A stretch of DNA of 64,000 bases from an uncultured cyanobacterium. GTDB taxonomy: Bacteria > Cyanobacteriota > Cyanobacteriia > Cyanobacteriales > CAWUOF01. The notes beneath the pieces are model-generated. The model was not told where the DNA came from, did no database searches, and saw only the letters and a list, made by a program, of their open reading frames with translations. Below are positions 30,533 through 41,917 of the stretch, piece after piece (position 1 is the first letter of the stretch; every line of letters starts with the position of its first letter). The stretch is from NCBI GenBank assembly GCA_963744145.1, contig CAVUSO010000001.1, positions 2,272,001-2,336,000 on the forward strand, in the 5' to 3' direction. Made by a program: the position numbers and the translations under genes.

Positions 30533-30679
30533 AGCCTGCTGCTTCACATCTAGCCAGAGCAGGATGAACTTCTGATGTACTCATGTCCAATCTTTGAGCG
30601 AGGGTACTGTAAGTCCACCTTGGCTGAAACGCCAACTGTGGACTTTGAGGATGGCAACGATATCTTGCGGTTTTAGTAT
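30533..30679 (-). pseudogene. 5' fragment of the MLKPQD HTH gene with its start codon mutated to ATA
   Basis: Near-identical to 40087-40230; truncated after CEAAG. Confidence 0.85.
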
Positions 30680-30898
30680 CGGTCAGCAGCGATCGCTTTT
30701 ATTTTCCTTTATTCTACATTCGCGAATAGGGAATAATCAAAATATGGCTCTAATCCTTAAGAAAAACTAATTATTTCTCAGCTTATCTTGACTTATTGAT
30801 AAAAAACAGGTATTATCTCATTTAAGTAAGTGAAAGATTTACTTGGCTGACCCGATCGCCTTTTCAGATGGGGCTTTTCTCAAACAAGTTTCTTAGTC
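30669..30898. repeat. Conserved ~227-bp block, copy 2
   Basis: Nearly identical to 40220-40449; ends TTAGTC. Confidence 0.9.
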
Positions 30899-30979
30899 AC
30901 TCTGGTTTCGATCACGGGGATGAGGGGGACTTATGTCTGTAGGATATCAGCAGAGAAATAATCTCAGTTTGGGACATCA

Positions 30980-31256
30980 GTAATGTTACTGATTCTGGCT
31001 GATTTGCATAATTTTCTGATTTTGGTCTGGTTAATGTTAATAGTCAAACACTAAACAAAAACTGGGGAAATTCAACTAGCGAGGTTATTTAAGAAAAAAA
31101 CAGAAACAAAAAGAAGAAGCGATCGCCGATTTTCAGCAAGCAATTAAACTCTTTTATAAAGAATCAATGCTTAAGGAAATTCGTAGTCTTCAGAGAGAGA
31201 TTAAAACCCTAAAATCTGAAATTAAGAATACTCATTGGTGGCAGATACGACTCTGA
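30980..31256 (+). pseudogene. Eroded remnant of a possible kinase-TPR gene
   Basis: A stop-interrupted ...TDSG*FA*FSDFGLV (DFG-like), then RGYLRKKQKQKEEAIADFQQAIKL (TPR-like) ending at TGA 31256. Confidence 0.35.
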
Positions 31257-34200
31257 TAGAGTATGATTAAATTCATTATCTTCGCGTCTGTAAGCTTTTT
31301 GGCTGCACCCTTGATGGTTTGTTTGATTTTTTCGGTTAAGATTTGCTATATTGCTATAGAATGAGGGAGTTTAGTTTAACGATTCACCCCATTGGTTGAG
31401 GAGTTGCCTGATCAACTAAATGGAATTTTACTTATTTTACAGGATCATAAAAATCATGAGATTAACAAAAGAACAAAAAGAACTTTTTGATTTATTGTAT
31501 GAAGATCGCCAAGAAACTGCAAAAGTTTTAGAAAAGCAATCAATGAGAGGAGTAAAGATCAGTGCCACCGAGAAATATTCAGAACAGGCTCATTTTATCT
31601 ATGAATTATTACAAAATGCCGATGACGTAAAAGCTACAAATGCAAAATTTATCTTAGAAGAAAATAGATTAATCTATATACATAATGGTTCAATTGGTTT
31701 TACGATTAGTGACGTAAGAACGGAGAAACAAGATACCGATAATCATTGTTTAGGTCATATAAATTCAATCACATCTATTGGTAATTCAAATAAATATGGC
31801 GCTCAAATAGGTAAATTTGGTGTTGGGTTTAAAGCCATTTTTCAATATACAGAAACTCCTCATATATACGATGATGTGTTTTCATTTAAAATAGAGAAAT
31901 TTATAGTACCTATATTACTTAATCAAGACTTTCAAGACAGAAATAAAGGAGAAACTGTATTTTACTTTCCTTTTGATAAATTAGAAAAAAAGCCAGATGA
32001 ATGTTTTACAGAAATATTTAAAGGATTTAAAAAATTGTCTCATCCTTTACTCTTTCTCAGAAATTTAAAAAAGATTGAATGGAAAACAGCCCAAATGTCA
32101 GGAACTTATGAAAAGCAACTTTTATCAGAGTTTGAACAAGATAGCATTCTTGTTCAAGAGATTAGACTTATTCAACAGATAGAGCAAGAAACTAAAGAGT
32201 CAAATTTAAGTAAACAAAAATTATATATTTTTTCAAGGGAAACAAAGTATCCAAAACATTTATATAGCATTGCATATCGTGTTACTGAAAATAATCAGGT
32301 TTTATATGATCAAGAGCTACCTGCATATTGCTTTTTTGCTACCAAAGAAATAACCAAGTTAAAATTTTTTATACAAGCACCTTTCTTACTGACTGATAGT
32401 AGAGAAGGGATTAAGCAAGGAGAAAAATGGAATAAGGATCTGATTGATTTGATAGCAACCTTATCTGCTGATAGTTTAAAAATCTGTAAAAATATAGGAT
32501 TAATAAATGATAATTTTTTTAATGTCTTACCAATAAATCACATTGACTTTTTAAATAACTTCATAAAAAATCAATTCAAACCAATCTATGATAGAGTTTT
32601 AGAAAAATTAAAAATAGATGAACTATTACCCGTTGATAATGGTAAAAGTTTTACTACAAGCCAAAATGCTTATTTGGGAAGTGGAAAGAAATTAATTGAA
32701 TTACTAAATATGGAATCGGAAAATGAGATTAAAGTCCTAACCATTTTGACAAACAATAATAATGCAAAATGGGTATTTTCAACTATTACGGATAGTCAGA
32801 GAAACTTATGGAATTATATTAAAACTAATTTAGTAAAGGATGTAATTGACTCTGAAAAATTTGCTAACAAGATTACCAAAGAGTTTATAGAAAAACAAAC
32901 TGATCTTTGGTTAATAGAGTTCTATTCATTTATTTTAGATGTTCCTAGATTGTGGAAGAAAAGTCGCTTCACTTTTAATAATGATGAACCTATTTTAAGA
33001 AAAAAAGAGATCATTAGTCTAGAAGGAAAAAATAAAAATATTGTAGCCGCTTTTGATTTAGATGATAATCCTTTAGTTTTTTTACCTACATCTCTAAAAT
33101 CAACATATCCAACTGTAAAGAAATGCTTTATTAGTAATCCTAGATCTCTACAATTTCTCAAGGAGTTAGGAATTGATAAGCCAAATGAAAAAGATGAGAT
33201 TTACCAAAAAATAATCCCAAAATATGAAAAAAATAATCTCCTAACTATGGATGCTTTTGAAAAGCAAAATGATGTATTAATAGATTTTGAAAAAATGTTA
33301 ATATACTCGCGAAATTGCCCATCTAGTGAAAAAGAAAGTTTTATTGCAAGATTAAAAAAAATTTCTTTTTGTTTAGGTAATGATAGTTGTCTGCATCAGC
33401 CAAACAGTCTTTATTTATCAAATAATAAATTGGAGCATTATTTTGAAGGTTATAAAAATGTATTATGGTTCAATAAAACTTTTTATAAATCTATTTATGA
33501 AAAATATGGCAATGAAACAGTCAATAAATTTTTAAAAGAAGTAGGAGTTGAGGATAAACCTAGAATTATCAGAATCAACGATGTTTTAATAGATAAGCAA
33601 TTACTCCAAAATATAGGCTTTTCTGATTATAATACCTATAGCTTCTCTATTGTTGATTATAATTTAGAAGGCTTAGACAATTTATTGGATCATGTTAATA
33701 AAGATAAATCTTTATTTATTTGGAATTACTTGATAGAACTCTTAAATAATTTTCCTTATTACTATGTTTTAGATGGAAGTTTAAATTTTAATTATAAAAG
33801 AAAGCCTCAGAAATATAACTTTGCATCGATTTATTTTTTAAGAAAGCTCAGGAATACTGCTTGGATTTACGACAAAAATGGTATTATTTCTAAACCTTCA
33901 GAAATATGTTTAAAAAATTTAGCAGAAGAATATGATACTAGCAATAGTAAGAGTTTAATTAGTAAACTAGAATTTAAACTTCCAGATGCTTCTATAAAAG
34001 ATACATTAGAAGATAAGATTCGTCAAAAATTCCCTAATATTACTGATGAGAAAATAATTCAAGCTTTAGAAAAGTATATTAATTCTCAAAATTATTCTAG
34101 CAATACTAATTCAAAATCTGATCATGCAGAATCCAACAATAAAGAAACTTCTTTACAAAAGCTTAGTCGAGAGCTTGCTGAGGGTGCTAGTAAGAAATTT

Positions 34201-35795
34201 ACAGCAGATGTCTCAAATTTATCCAAATTAAATCAAACTGAAGCAGTACAGACTGAAGAAGATGATGATGACTTTTCACCAAAAACCAGAGTAATAGAAG
34301 AACAAGTACAAAAGCTTAGAGATAAGTTAGAATCTGAAATTGCTGAACTTAATAGGAAAGAAGAACTTAGAAATATTATTGCTAATTCTGAAAAATATTC
34401 TTTTGCTTGGTTTAAAGCATTGCTAGCTTTAGAGTATGAGAGTACCGTTGAAAATCCAATTAGGAAAAATCCAATTCAAGTAAAATTTAAGAAAGTTGAA
34501 TGGGATAGAGAATCAAAGGATATTCTTATTCTTTCTGAAACAGGCTACATTCCATACAGTATAGAGGATAATGGAGAGCTATCGCTGATTTTAAATTTTA
34601 AAAATGATCGTAAAACTATTTTGATTGAAGTAGTTAGCCCTCAAAAAAACATCCTAAAAGTAAAACTTAAATCTCGTGAGGATGTCCAAAATATAGAACT
34701 TTCTGAAGTTGAAAATGCAGTAATTGAAGTTAAAAATCCAGATTTTATTTTAGAAAAGCTTAAAAATGGTTTTAATCAATTTAATTTTTCTGATGATTAT
34801 AACTTTCAGAAAAACTTAACCAATCAGATAAAATTTATATTTGGCCCTCCGGGTACAGGAAAAACAACTTATTTAGCTACTCAAGAAATTATTCCAATGA
34901 TAAAAGAAAAAAAGACCAAAATATTGGTACTTACTCCTACCAATAAAGCTGGTGATGTTTTAGTAGAAAAAATCATCGAAGAGTGTGATAAAGATAATGA
35001 TCCTTCATACTATAATTGGTTATTCAGATATGGAATTACTCATAGTTCAGAATCTAGAAAACACGGTATTAGCTAAAAGTAAGTATTTACCAAAGAGTAT
35101 TTTTAGTGAGGTTGTACTTGTAACGACAATTGCTCGCTTTCCTTATGATAACTTCAAAGTAGAAACTTATAAAGATCAAGACTGGGAGTTTAAAATCAAA
35201 GATTTTGATTGGGACTATATTATATTTGATGAAGCTTCAATGATTAGTTTGGCAAGTATTGTCTACGTCCTTTGCTATGTCACAAATCGCAACCCCAATT
35301 GTCAATTTATTGTTGGAGGTGATCCATTTCAAATTAACCCTGTTATTCAAATTGACCAAGATGGTTGGAAAGATGGAAATATTTATACTCTGGTTGGTCT
35401 TGATCGAGAAGATAGCTTTACACAACCGCAAACAACACCTCATAATTTTGAAATCGTGAAGTTGCTAACGCAATACAGGAGTATTTTACAGCTAGGTACT
35501 TTATTTAGTGAGTTTAGCTATAATGGAGTTTTGCAGCACAATAGATCAAATGCTGACATTAAATCTATTGCAGTAAAGAATCTACCTCTCAAACCAATAA
35601 CAATTATCAATTTTAAAGTCAATCAGTTTGAGAGTATTTATAAACCGCGCCGAATCAAAGGTAGTCCTTATCAAATTTATTCAGCCATATTAACGATAGA
35701 ATTAGTTAAATATATTGTTGAAAACATTACTTTTAATAAAGATCTTCTGTATAAGATAGGTATTATTTGTCCCTATCGCATACAGCAAAGCATTG

Positions 35796-37250
35796 CAGGG
35801 TAAGAGCATCTCAATTAGGCTTGACACAAGGATTAAGAAGGATCTAATGTAGACTCAGAGAAACAAGAAAGGAGGATTTGGAGCATATAATTATTATCCA
35901 TAGCAGCGCGTTTACTTTTCTGGCGTAAACTGCGTTTGTAAGTTGACTCGCGATTAAGAGCGTTGAGAGCTAATCGTCTGAGCAGAGAAAAGTTACGAGG
36001 ACTGTGAAAAGAACGAATGCGACAGCTATCTTCAAAAAAAGTACAATCTAAAGTCCAGTGTGCAGAATTTTCGATTTCCCAATGTTGACGAATAGCTCGA
36101 CCTATGAATTCAGCATTGTTGTCTAAAGAAGTAAGATAGTATTGAGTCTCGCAAGTAGTTTTGTTCCAAAGATGACGGATACGATGAATGATGACAATAC
36201 TTTTTAAACCTGCCCATAATTTGGGTTGGTAAAGGTCAGGAATGGCCGTAATAGGGAGCACCGAAACTTCACGAATTTCCACCCGATGATGCCCTTTCTC
36301 AATCCGTTTGTCATGAGTGAAATCAATTCCTGAAAAATTATTTTTCTGTGCAGTTTGGAAGAATTGTTGTACCTGATTATGTAAAGTTGGATGATTGGCT
36401 TTAAGTGTCAGAATATAATCAGCTTTTTTATCAATAATCTTTTGAGCAATTTCGGTTTGGGTCCCCATCGCATCAATAGTAATAATTGAGCCAGCGATAT
36501 CAAGTAACTCTAGTAATGCTGGAATAGCTGTAATTTCATTGGATTTATCTTGGACTTTCATTTGTGCTAAAACTAATCGTTGTTCACTAGCCCACGCACT
36601 AATCAAATGTAATGCTGATTGTCCTTGATTTCGGTCATAGGAACCTCTGACAGTCTTCCCATCTATGGCAATTACTTCTCCTCCCATTTGAGTAACTAAG
36701 GTGTTTACCCAAGCTTGAAAACATTGCTCCAATTGGTTGGGGTTAATACTTTCAAATACTCGACGAAAGGTATCATCTGAGGGAATACCATTGGGTAATT
36801 CTAAAAACTCTTCTAGCCAAATTTGTTTACTAATCCCATAATTCTCAATGTCTTCCCAGCCTTGTGCTCCAGCTATTATGGCCAGAATTGCCATCACTAA
36901 AATGTCTATCAATAAGTGTTTTTTTGTTCGGTTTACTCTCGGGTCTTCAACATCTTCAAAATGCTTGACTAAACTCTGTTGTATTTCCATCAAGTCAGCT
37001 ACTACTTGGTTTTTCCTAGCAGAATGGGAGTTTTGTTTAGCATTAGCTATATTGATATCGAACCCTTGAGACATTTGAATATTCCTGGAGATTATGAGTT
37101 GGACGGTATAGTTTTTCACCTACCACTCTCTATGCTCTTTTGTCAACTATTTTCTCTACCAGATTTGTGATGTTCTATCTCGATGGCTATATTTCATATT
37201 TGATGAAAATATTCTGTATCCTCGGTGACAAAATTAGATGCGCTAACCCG
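35796..37250 (-). mobile_element. ISAs1-family insertion sequence with 10-bp target duplication
   Basis: TSD CAAAGCATTG at 35786-35795 and 37251-37260; imperfect IRs CAGGGTAAGAGCATC / GATGCGCTAACCCG. Confidence 0.93.
35833..37074 (-). CDS. ISAs1-family transposase
   Basis: DPR, GIPSDDTF, AIDGKT, KSNEITAIP, IDAMG, RQHWEIEN..HW.LD. Start uncertain (37119, 37074 or 36990). Confidence 0.93.
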   Translation of the reverse strand: MSQGFDINIANAKQNSHSARKNQVVADLMEIQQSLVKHFEDVEDPRVNRTKKHLLIDILVMAILAIIAGAQGWEDIENYGISKQIWLEEFLELPNGIPSDDTFRRVFESINPNQLEQCFQAWVNTLVTQMGGEVIAIDGKTVRGSYDRNQGQSALHLISAWASEQRLVLAQMKVQDKSNEITAIPALLELLDIAGSIITIDAMGTQTEIAQKIIDKKADYILTLKANHPTLHNQVQQFFQTAQKNNFSGIDFTHDKRIEKGHHRVEIREVSVLPITAIPDLYQPKLWAGLKSIVIIHRIRHLWNKTTCETQYYLTSLDNNAEFIGRAIRQHWEIENSAHWTLDCTFFEDSCRIRSFHSPRNFSLLRRLALNALNRESTYKRSLRQKSKRAAMDNNYMLQILLSCFSESTLDPS

Positions 37251-37752
37251 CAAAGCATTGTAGATAAGCTAATTTCAAAATTTTCAAAGGGAAATAATAT
37301 TGATATAATAACAGAAACAATTCATGGCTTACAAGGGGATGAGTGTGATATGATTATCAATTTGCTGAATCCTCCTCCTTATATTGGTGAAAATGAAAAT
37401 ATTTTTCTCAACAAAAAAAACATCCTTAATGTATCTATTAGTAGGGCTAAAGATTATCTAATTTTATTACTTCCTTACGATGATACTAGACATATAGCAA
37501 CTCAAAAGCTTTTTCACATTGAAAAAATTAAAGACCTGATTTTTAAACATAGCAGTATAGCTCATAACTGCCAACAATTTTCTAGTGATGAAATAGAAAC
37601 AATAATTTTTGAAAAAAAGGGAATGATTGAAGAATTTTCATTTCCTACAAGTCATCAGAGCGTCAATGTATATGCGAATCCTGATAAAAAATATGAAATT
37701 AGATATGATGAGAATGCTATTGATATACAACTTAGATTAGGTCCTTAGTCTA

Positions 37753-38903
37753 ATACCAATTCTCTAAATACCGACTACAGATAGTGCCTCTAATATATAG
37801 GCTCGTCCCGTAATTGAGGCAATTACTTTTGAATTCATCTTTTCTAGTTCTTTACTAATTAAAAGTCTTAATTCATCTAAGTTTCTTGGTAATTCCCATC
37901 TCAATCCCTTTTTGAGATACTGCCATACCTGTTCGATTGGATTTGATTCAGGACAATGGGATGGTTGAAACATTAAAATAACGTTTTTAGGAATTACCAA
38001 CTTTTTAGCTTTATGAAAACCACCATTGTCTAACTGAATGATCAAAATACTATCCGAAAAATGCGCGGCTACTAAGTCTAAAAATATCTGAAAGCATTGA
38101 CTATTGAGATGAGTAAACTCGTAAAAGAAATGTTCCCCTGTCTTTGGCTCTACTACGCCATAAATATAAGTCGCTTGAAATTTCCACTGCACTTTACCAA
38201 TTGGTTTTACCCCACGAATGGTAATTTTTCTCCCACTAATCGTTTTCATGCCGATCCGCGTTTCATCTTGACATAAAAATCTGACTTTATCTCCTAAACT
38301 CATTACTGTTATGGCAAACCAACTCAGCATAGCTAGGTCCTCTGCCAAGTGATTTCTAAAATTATCTAACTTTTTTTTTGACTGTTCTGTACTTTTCGGC
38401 CTGGCGATTTTTGGTGAGGCTTTTAGTTTATAATGCACTAATTGATGAACGGTTTTATATTTAGCTTCTATCCCAAGGGTGGATGATAGCCATTGACAAA
38501 TTTCCCCATAACTATTAAATCCTTCCTCTTCATTTAGTCGTTTTTCTAAACTTTTTACCGCCCAGTCAGGAATTTTTCTCGGTCGGTCCTGTACCCACTT
38601 TTTTCCCCAGATATTTGGCCAATCCTCCTTGACGGTATTTGGCTAACCAATCTTGAACGGTAACTCGATTTCTGCCCAAGATTTCAGCAACTTCTGTGAC
38701 TGTTTTAGCTTTGTTTATCTTGAGTAGATATAATGCTTGTAATCGTTCTTTTCCTGGACCAGTTTTTTCCACTGCGAGCAATTTCTTCAGCTCGGCTTCA
38801 CTTTCCTTAATGTCTAGGTGATAAACTCCTGCCATATTTTTCCTTCAACTCTACTCAAATTATACTCTACACTATCTGTAGTCAAAGTTGCAAGAATTGG
38901 TAT
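37753..38903 (-). mobile_element. IS630-family element, transposase in split frames
   Basis: IRs ATACCAATTCT / AGAATTGGTAT. HTH part 38566..38835 has an apparent extra frameshift; A8G slippery run at ~38371; DDE part QDETR...LDNGGFH...PESNPIEQVW at 37764..38438. Confidence 0.9.
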
Positions 38904-39031
38904 AAGTCAATATCATCGGGATATTTCGCTTCTATGCCCAGCAAATTTAATCGTTGTCAAGCTAAATTAGAAAAGAGGGAATAACTCGCGATCGCTATGG
39001 GTACAACTTTTTGACTTTTTGCCCTCTATTA

Positions 39032-39724
39032 TTAGTCATCAACTAGCATGGCCAACTTTTCCAGTCTTTGCCATAACAAGTTGGTGCGACCTGAATTTCT
39101 AGCAACGGGCGAAAGGAAAGCTGGTCCAATTTCCCACAGATTTTCAAGCTCGGCTTGAAACCATCTTGATAAAAATGCTTTGACTTCTCCATCAGCTTGC
39201 TGCACTTCCTCAAACAAACTAAAACGTCCGTCGAGTACTGCCACGATGTCTTCAATATCGGAACTAAAATAAAAGTTACCTCCACCTCTATTTGTGAAAG
39301 CTTCTATTTTGGAAGCAAGCAAATAAGGCGTTGAAAAAATTAAAATTTGCCGACCACTTGGAAGGTGGTAGCGAATAGAATTAGCAAAACCAGGTCTGTA
39401 CCAACGGTTGGAAAAACCCAGCACCGATTCATCGCATGGCATCACATCAATGGAAATTTTCTCGTAGCGCCAGCGACATAGTGGTGCGCCTGATTCTGTA
39501 CTTTCTTGAAGCCCAAAGGTTCGCAACAAGTCTGATAGTCGGTAGTATTCAGCCCTAGATGTAATTTCGACAACACAATCAACATCATCGGTAGGTCGAA
39601 TGTCGGGAGCTGCAATTTCATCCAGGTAAAGCGATATGGTTGCTCCTCCGGTAAAGACGATGGTAATGGGTACTTGAGAAAGTACCCTAGCAACTGTTTC
39701 CAGCATGAATATCTGCGGATTCAT
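39032..39724 (-). CDS. Nucleotidyltransferase, AbiEii-like toxin candidate
   Basis: FTGGA...RPTDDVD...SKIEAF..RG...DIEDI pol-beta-like motif set. Confidence 0.75.
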   Translation of the reverse strand: MNPQIFMLETVARVLSQVPITIVFTGGATISLYLDEIAAPDIRPTDDVDCVVEITSRAEYYRLSDLLRTFGLQESTESGAPLCRWRYEKISIDVMPCDESVLGFSNRWYRPGFANSIRYHLPSGRQILIFSTPYLLASKIEAFTNRGGGNFYFSSDIEDIVAVLDGRFSLFEEVQQADGEVKAFLSRWFQAELENLWEIGPAFLSPVARNSGRTNLLWQRLEKLAMLVDD

Positions 39725-40230
39725 GGAGTGACAATCCTGTTTTCAAGCTCGCTCACCGCCAAACGTTGCTCCCGCACCCGACCTACCCTCAACGCATCAA
39801 TTAGACTTAACAAGGCGTAGAGTTCTGGATCATTCTTGGCAGCTTGAGGGACACAACGGTACAGAGGTGCGATCGCTTGCCCTCTCACAACACCTTGAGG
39901 GTCTGGCCAGACATAAACCTCAGAATTTGAGGTAACCAGCTGGCTTTTTAAAGGTTCAGCAGAATGCGCCGTTGGGAGTCCTCGACTTAATGGGCCGGGT
40001 GCGGTGTAGAATACATAGCGCAGCCCGTGAACCAAAAATTCTAGTAGTGCTTGCTTCAAAATCCTCCGATTCTCAGCATCATAAAGACCTGCTGCTTCAC
40101 ATCGAGCTAGAGCAGCATGAACTTCTGATGTACTCATGCCCAAGCTTTGAGCGAGGGTGCTGTAGGTCCATCTAGCTGAAGGCCAACTGTGGACTTTGAG
40201 GATGGCAACGATATCTTGGGGTTTTAGCAT
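39721..40230 (-). CDS. HTH-containing partner protein (AbiEi-like antitoxin/regulator candidate)
   Basis: MLKPQD...WTYSTLAQSLGMSTSEVHAALAR (HTH)...EFLVHGLRYVF...RGLPTAHS...DALRVGRVRE; ATGA overlap with the NTase gene. Confidence 0.7.
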   Translation of the reverse strand: MLKPQDIVAILKVHSWPSARWTYSTLAQSLGMSTSEVHAALARCEAAGLYDAENRRILKQALLEFLVHGLRYVFYTAPGPLSRGLPTAHSAEPLKSQLVTSNSEVYVWPDPQGVVRGQAIAPLYRCVPQAAKNDPELYALLSLIDALRVGRVREQRLAVSELENRIVTP

Positions 40231-40449
40231 CGGTCGGCGGCGATCGCTTTTATTTTCCTTTATTCTACATTCGCGAATAGGGAATAATCAAAATATGGCT
40301 CTAATCCTTAAGAAAAACTAATTATTTCTCAGCTTATCTTGACTTATTGATAAAAAACAGGTATTCTCTCATTTAAGTAAGTGAGAGATTTACTTGGCTG
40401 ACCCGATCGCCTTTTCAGATGGGGCTTTTCTCAAACAAGTTTCTTAGTC
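40220..40449. repeat. Conserved ~227-bp block, copy 3 (upstream region of the intact HTH/NTase pair)
   Basis: ATTCGCGAAT palindrome at ~40269 and the dyad TCTCTCATTTA-AG-TAAGTGAGAGA at 40365-40388; ends TTAGTC. Confidence 0.9.
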
Positions 40450-40506
40450 CACTCCACTCCTGTAAGTAAGGATTCTTGTGCCTTGGAAACTTTTGCAAGA
40501 GGTTTA

Positions 40507-41005
40507 TTATGAATCTGAGAAAATACTATTAAATATAGAGATAGAAATTCTAAAATTAATATCTAATAGTTTCTGATAAAACTCATCCAAATCAGTTATC
40601 TCAATTTTACCAGATTGGGTTAAATTTTTAATAATTGCTAAAATTCCCTTAACATTTAATCCTAAATTGCTAGCTGCTTTCCGTGCTACTAAATCATCCA
40701 AAATTACATCCATCAGCTTGCAATTCTGTGGCTAGAGCTATTGTCTCTGATTCTCCTAAACCTAAGCTGAAAGTAAGGTGATTAAACAAAGAACCTAAAT
40801 TGGTAGTTGTGACAATAAGTTTTTTATTAGTAATTAGTGGCACCAGTGCCGAATTAATTTCATCGCTTTTAGCGCGAATTTCATGCAAAACTGATTGGGG
40901 TAAATAAACTTGATCATTTGTTTCTAAAAATAACTCTAAAAACTGTAGACGAATTAGAAAAATTAGTGGTGATGAATTAATAACTATTTTCACCATTCTT
41001 ACCAC
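40507..41005 (-). pseudogene. PIN-domain (DUF3368-type) toxin, frameshifted
   Basis: VINSSPLI...LPQSVLHE...LGLGESETIALA, then ILDD..AR..A..LGL...G.L in a second frame (shift near 40710). Confidence 0.85.
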
Positions 41006-41235
41006 TCCTTTTCCTGTTCTACATCTTCTTGAGAAAGATCAGAAAAATCAATTCCCAATAAATCAAAAATTTGTAATAATTCTTCAGAGTCAATATTCAT
41101 CATCTCAGCAGCTTTTCTCAAACTAATCAGCCTGGCGGTCAATGCTCCTAAAATAAATAAGAACTGTTCTTTTAGTTCTCGCTTAGTAAAGATTGGCAAT
41201 GTAGACGCTATATTTTGGATTGTTGTAGTTGTCAT
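40999..41235 (-). CDS. UPF0175-like antitoxin
   Basis: ISLRKAAEMM...LGI motif directly upstream of the PIN gene. Confidence 0.75.
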   Translation of the reverse strand: MTTTTIQNIASTLPIFTKRELKEQFLFILGALTARLISLRKAAEMMNIDSEELLQIFDLLGIDFSDLSQEDVEQEKEW

Positions 41236-41326
41236 TGTTATTTGCCTTAAGAGTTTTAAACCATTCAAAAAATTCTCAATCTAGTCGGTTGTCTACTACA
41301 TATATAATATCCCTGTCTGTTAAAGT

Positions 41327-41656
41327 TCATAGAGTAACGATCCTGTTTTCAAACTCGCTCACCGCCAAACGTTGCTCCCGCACCCGACCTACCCTCAACG
41401 CATCAATTAGACTTAATGGGCCGGGTGTGGTGTAGAATACATAGCGCAACCCGTGAACCAAAAATTCTAGTAGTGCTTGCTTCAAAATCCTCCGATTCTC
41501 AGCATTATAAAGACCTGCTGCTTCACATCGAGCTAGAGCAGCATGAACTTCTGATGTACTCATGCCCAAGCTTTGAGCGAGGGTGCTGTAGGTCCATCTA
41601 GCTGAGGGCCAACTGTGGACTTTGAGGATGGCAACGATATCTTGGGGTTTTAGCAT
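41327..41656 (-). pseudogene. Second copy of the MLKPQD HTH gene with a 180-bp in-frame deletion
   Basis: Near-identical to 39721..40230 apart from loss of the segment between the GACTTAA repeats (39804-39810 and 39984-39990). The NTase partner is absent. Confidence 0.9.
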
Positions 41657-41917
41657 CGGTCGGCGGCGAAGCATGAGGGCAAGTTAGCGATCGCTAGCAC
41701 GGAAAATTTATTACCCTCATGCTTCACCCTTTGCCCTGATTGTCTTAAACTAACTATATCAAAAAATGAGAAAGCATCAAACAATGAAAAAGAAGGGCGA
41801 AGCATTCCGGGAATAAATCACTCGTTGTAACCAATAACTGATCTGCCGGAATGCTTCGCCCCTACTACAAAACCATTCACATTATGTTAATTTTGTCAAC
41901 GAGCAACACAGAAATTT

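Larger units (their letters stand above)
31420..37748 (+). pseudogene. Large sacsin-type GHKL ATPase + SF1 (DNA2/UPF1-like) helicase gene, broken by a frameshift (~35045-35075) and an ISAs1 insertion
   Basis: HFIYELLQNADD and IGKFGVGFKA (sacsin N-terminus); GPPGTGKT; DEAS, GDPFQ, QYRS and GIICPY in the 34985..35803 frame; TIHGLQGDE and NVSISRAK after the IS. Confidence 0.85.

Noticed and set aside
37140..37250. N-terminus of the 202-aa ORF as a real gene start
   Set aside because: It is read out of the ISAs1 end; only the part after 37251 is helicase sequence.
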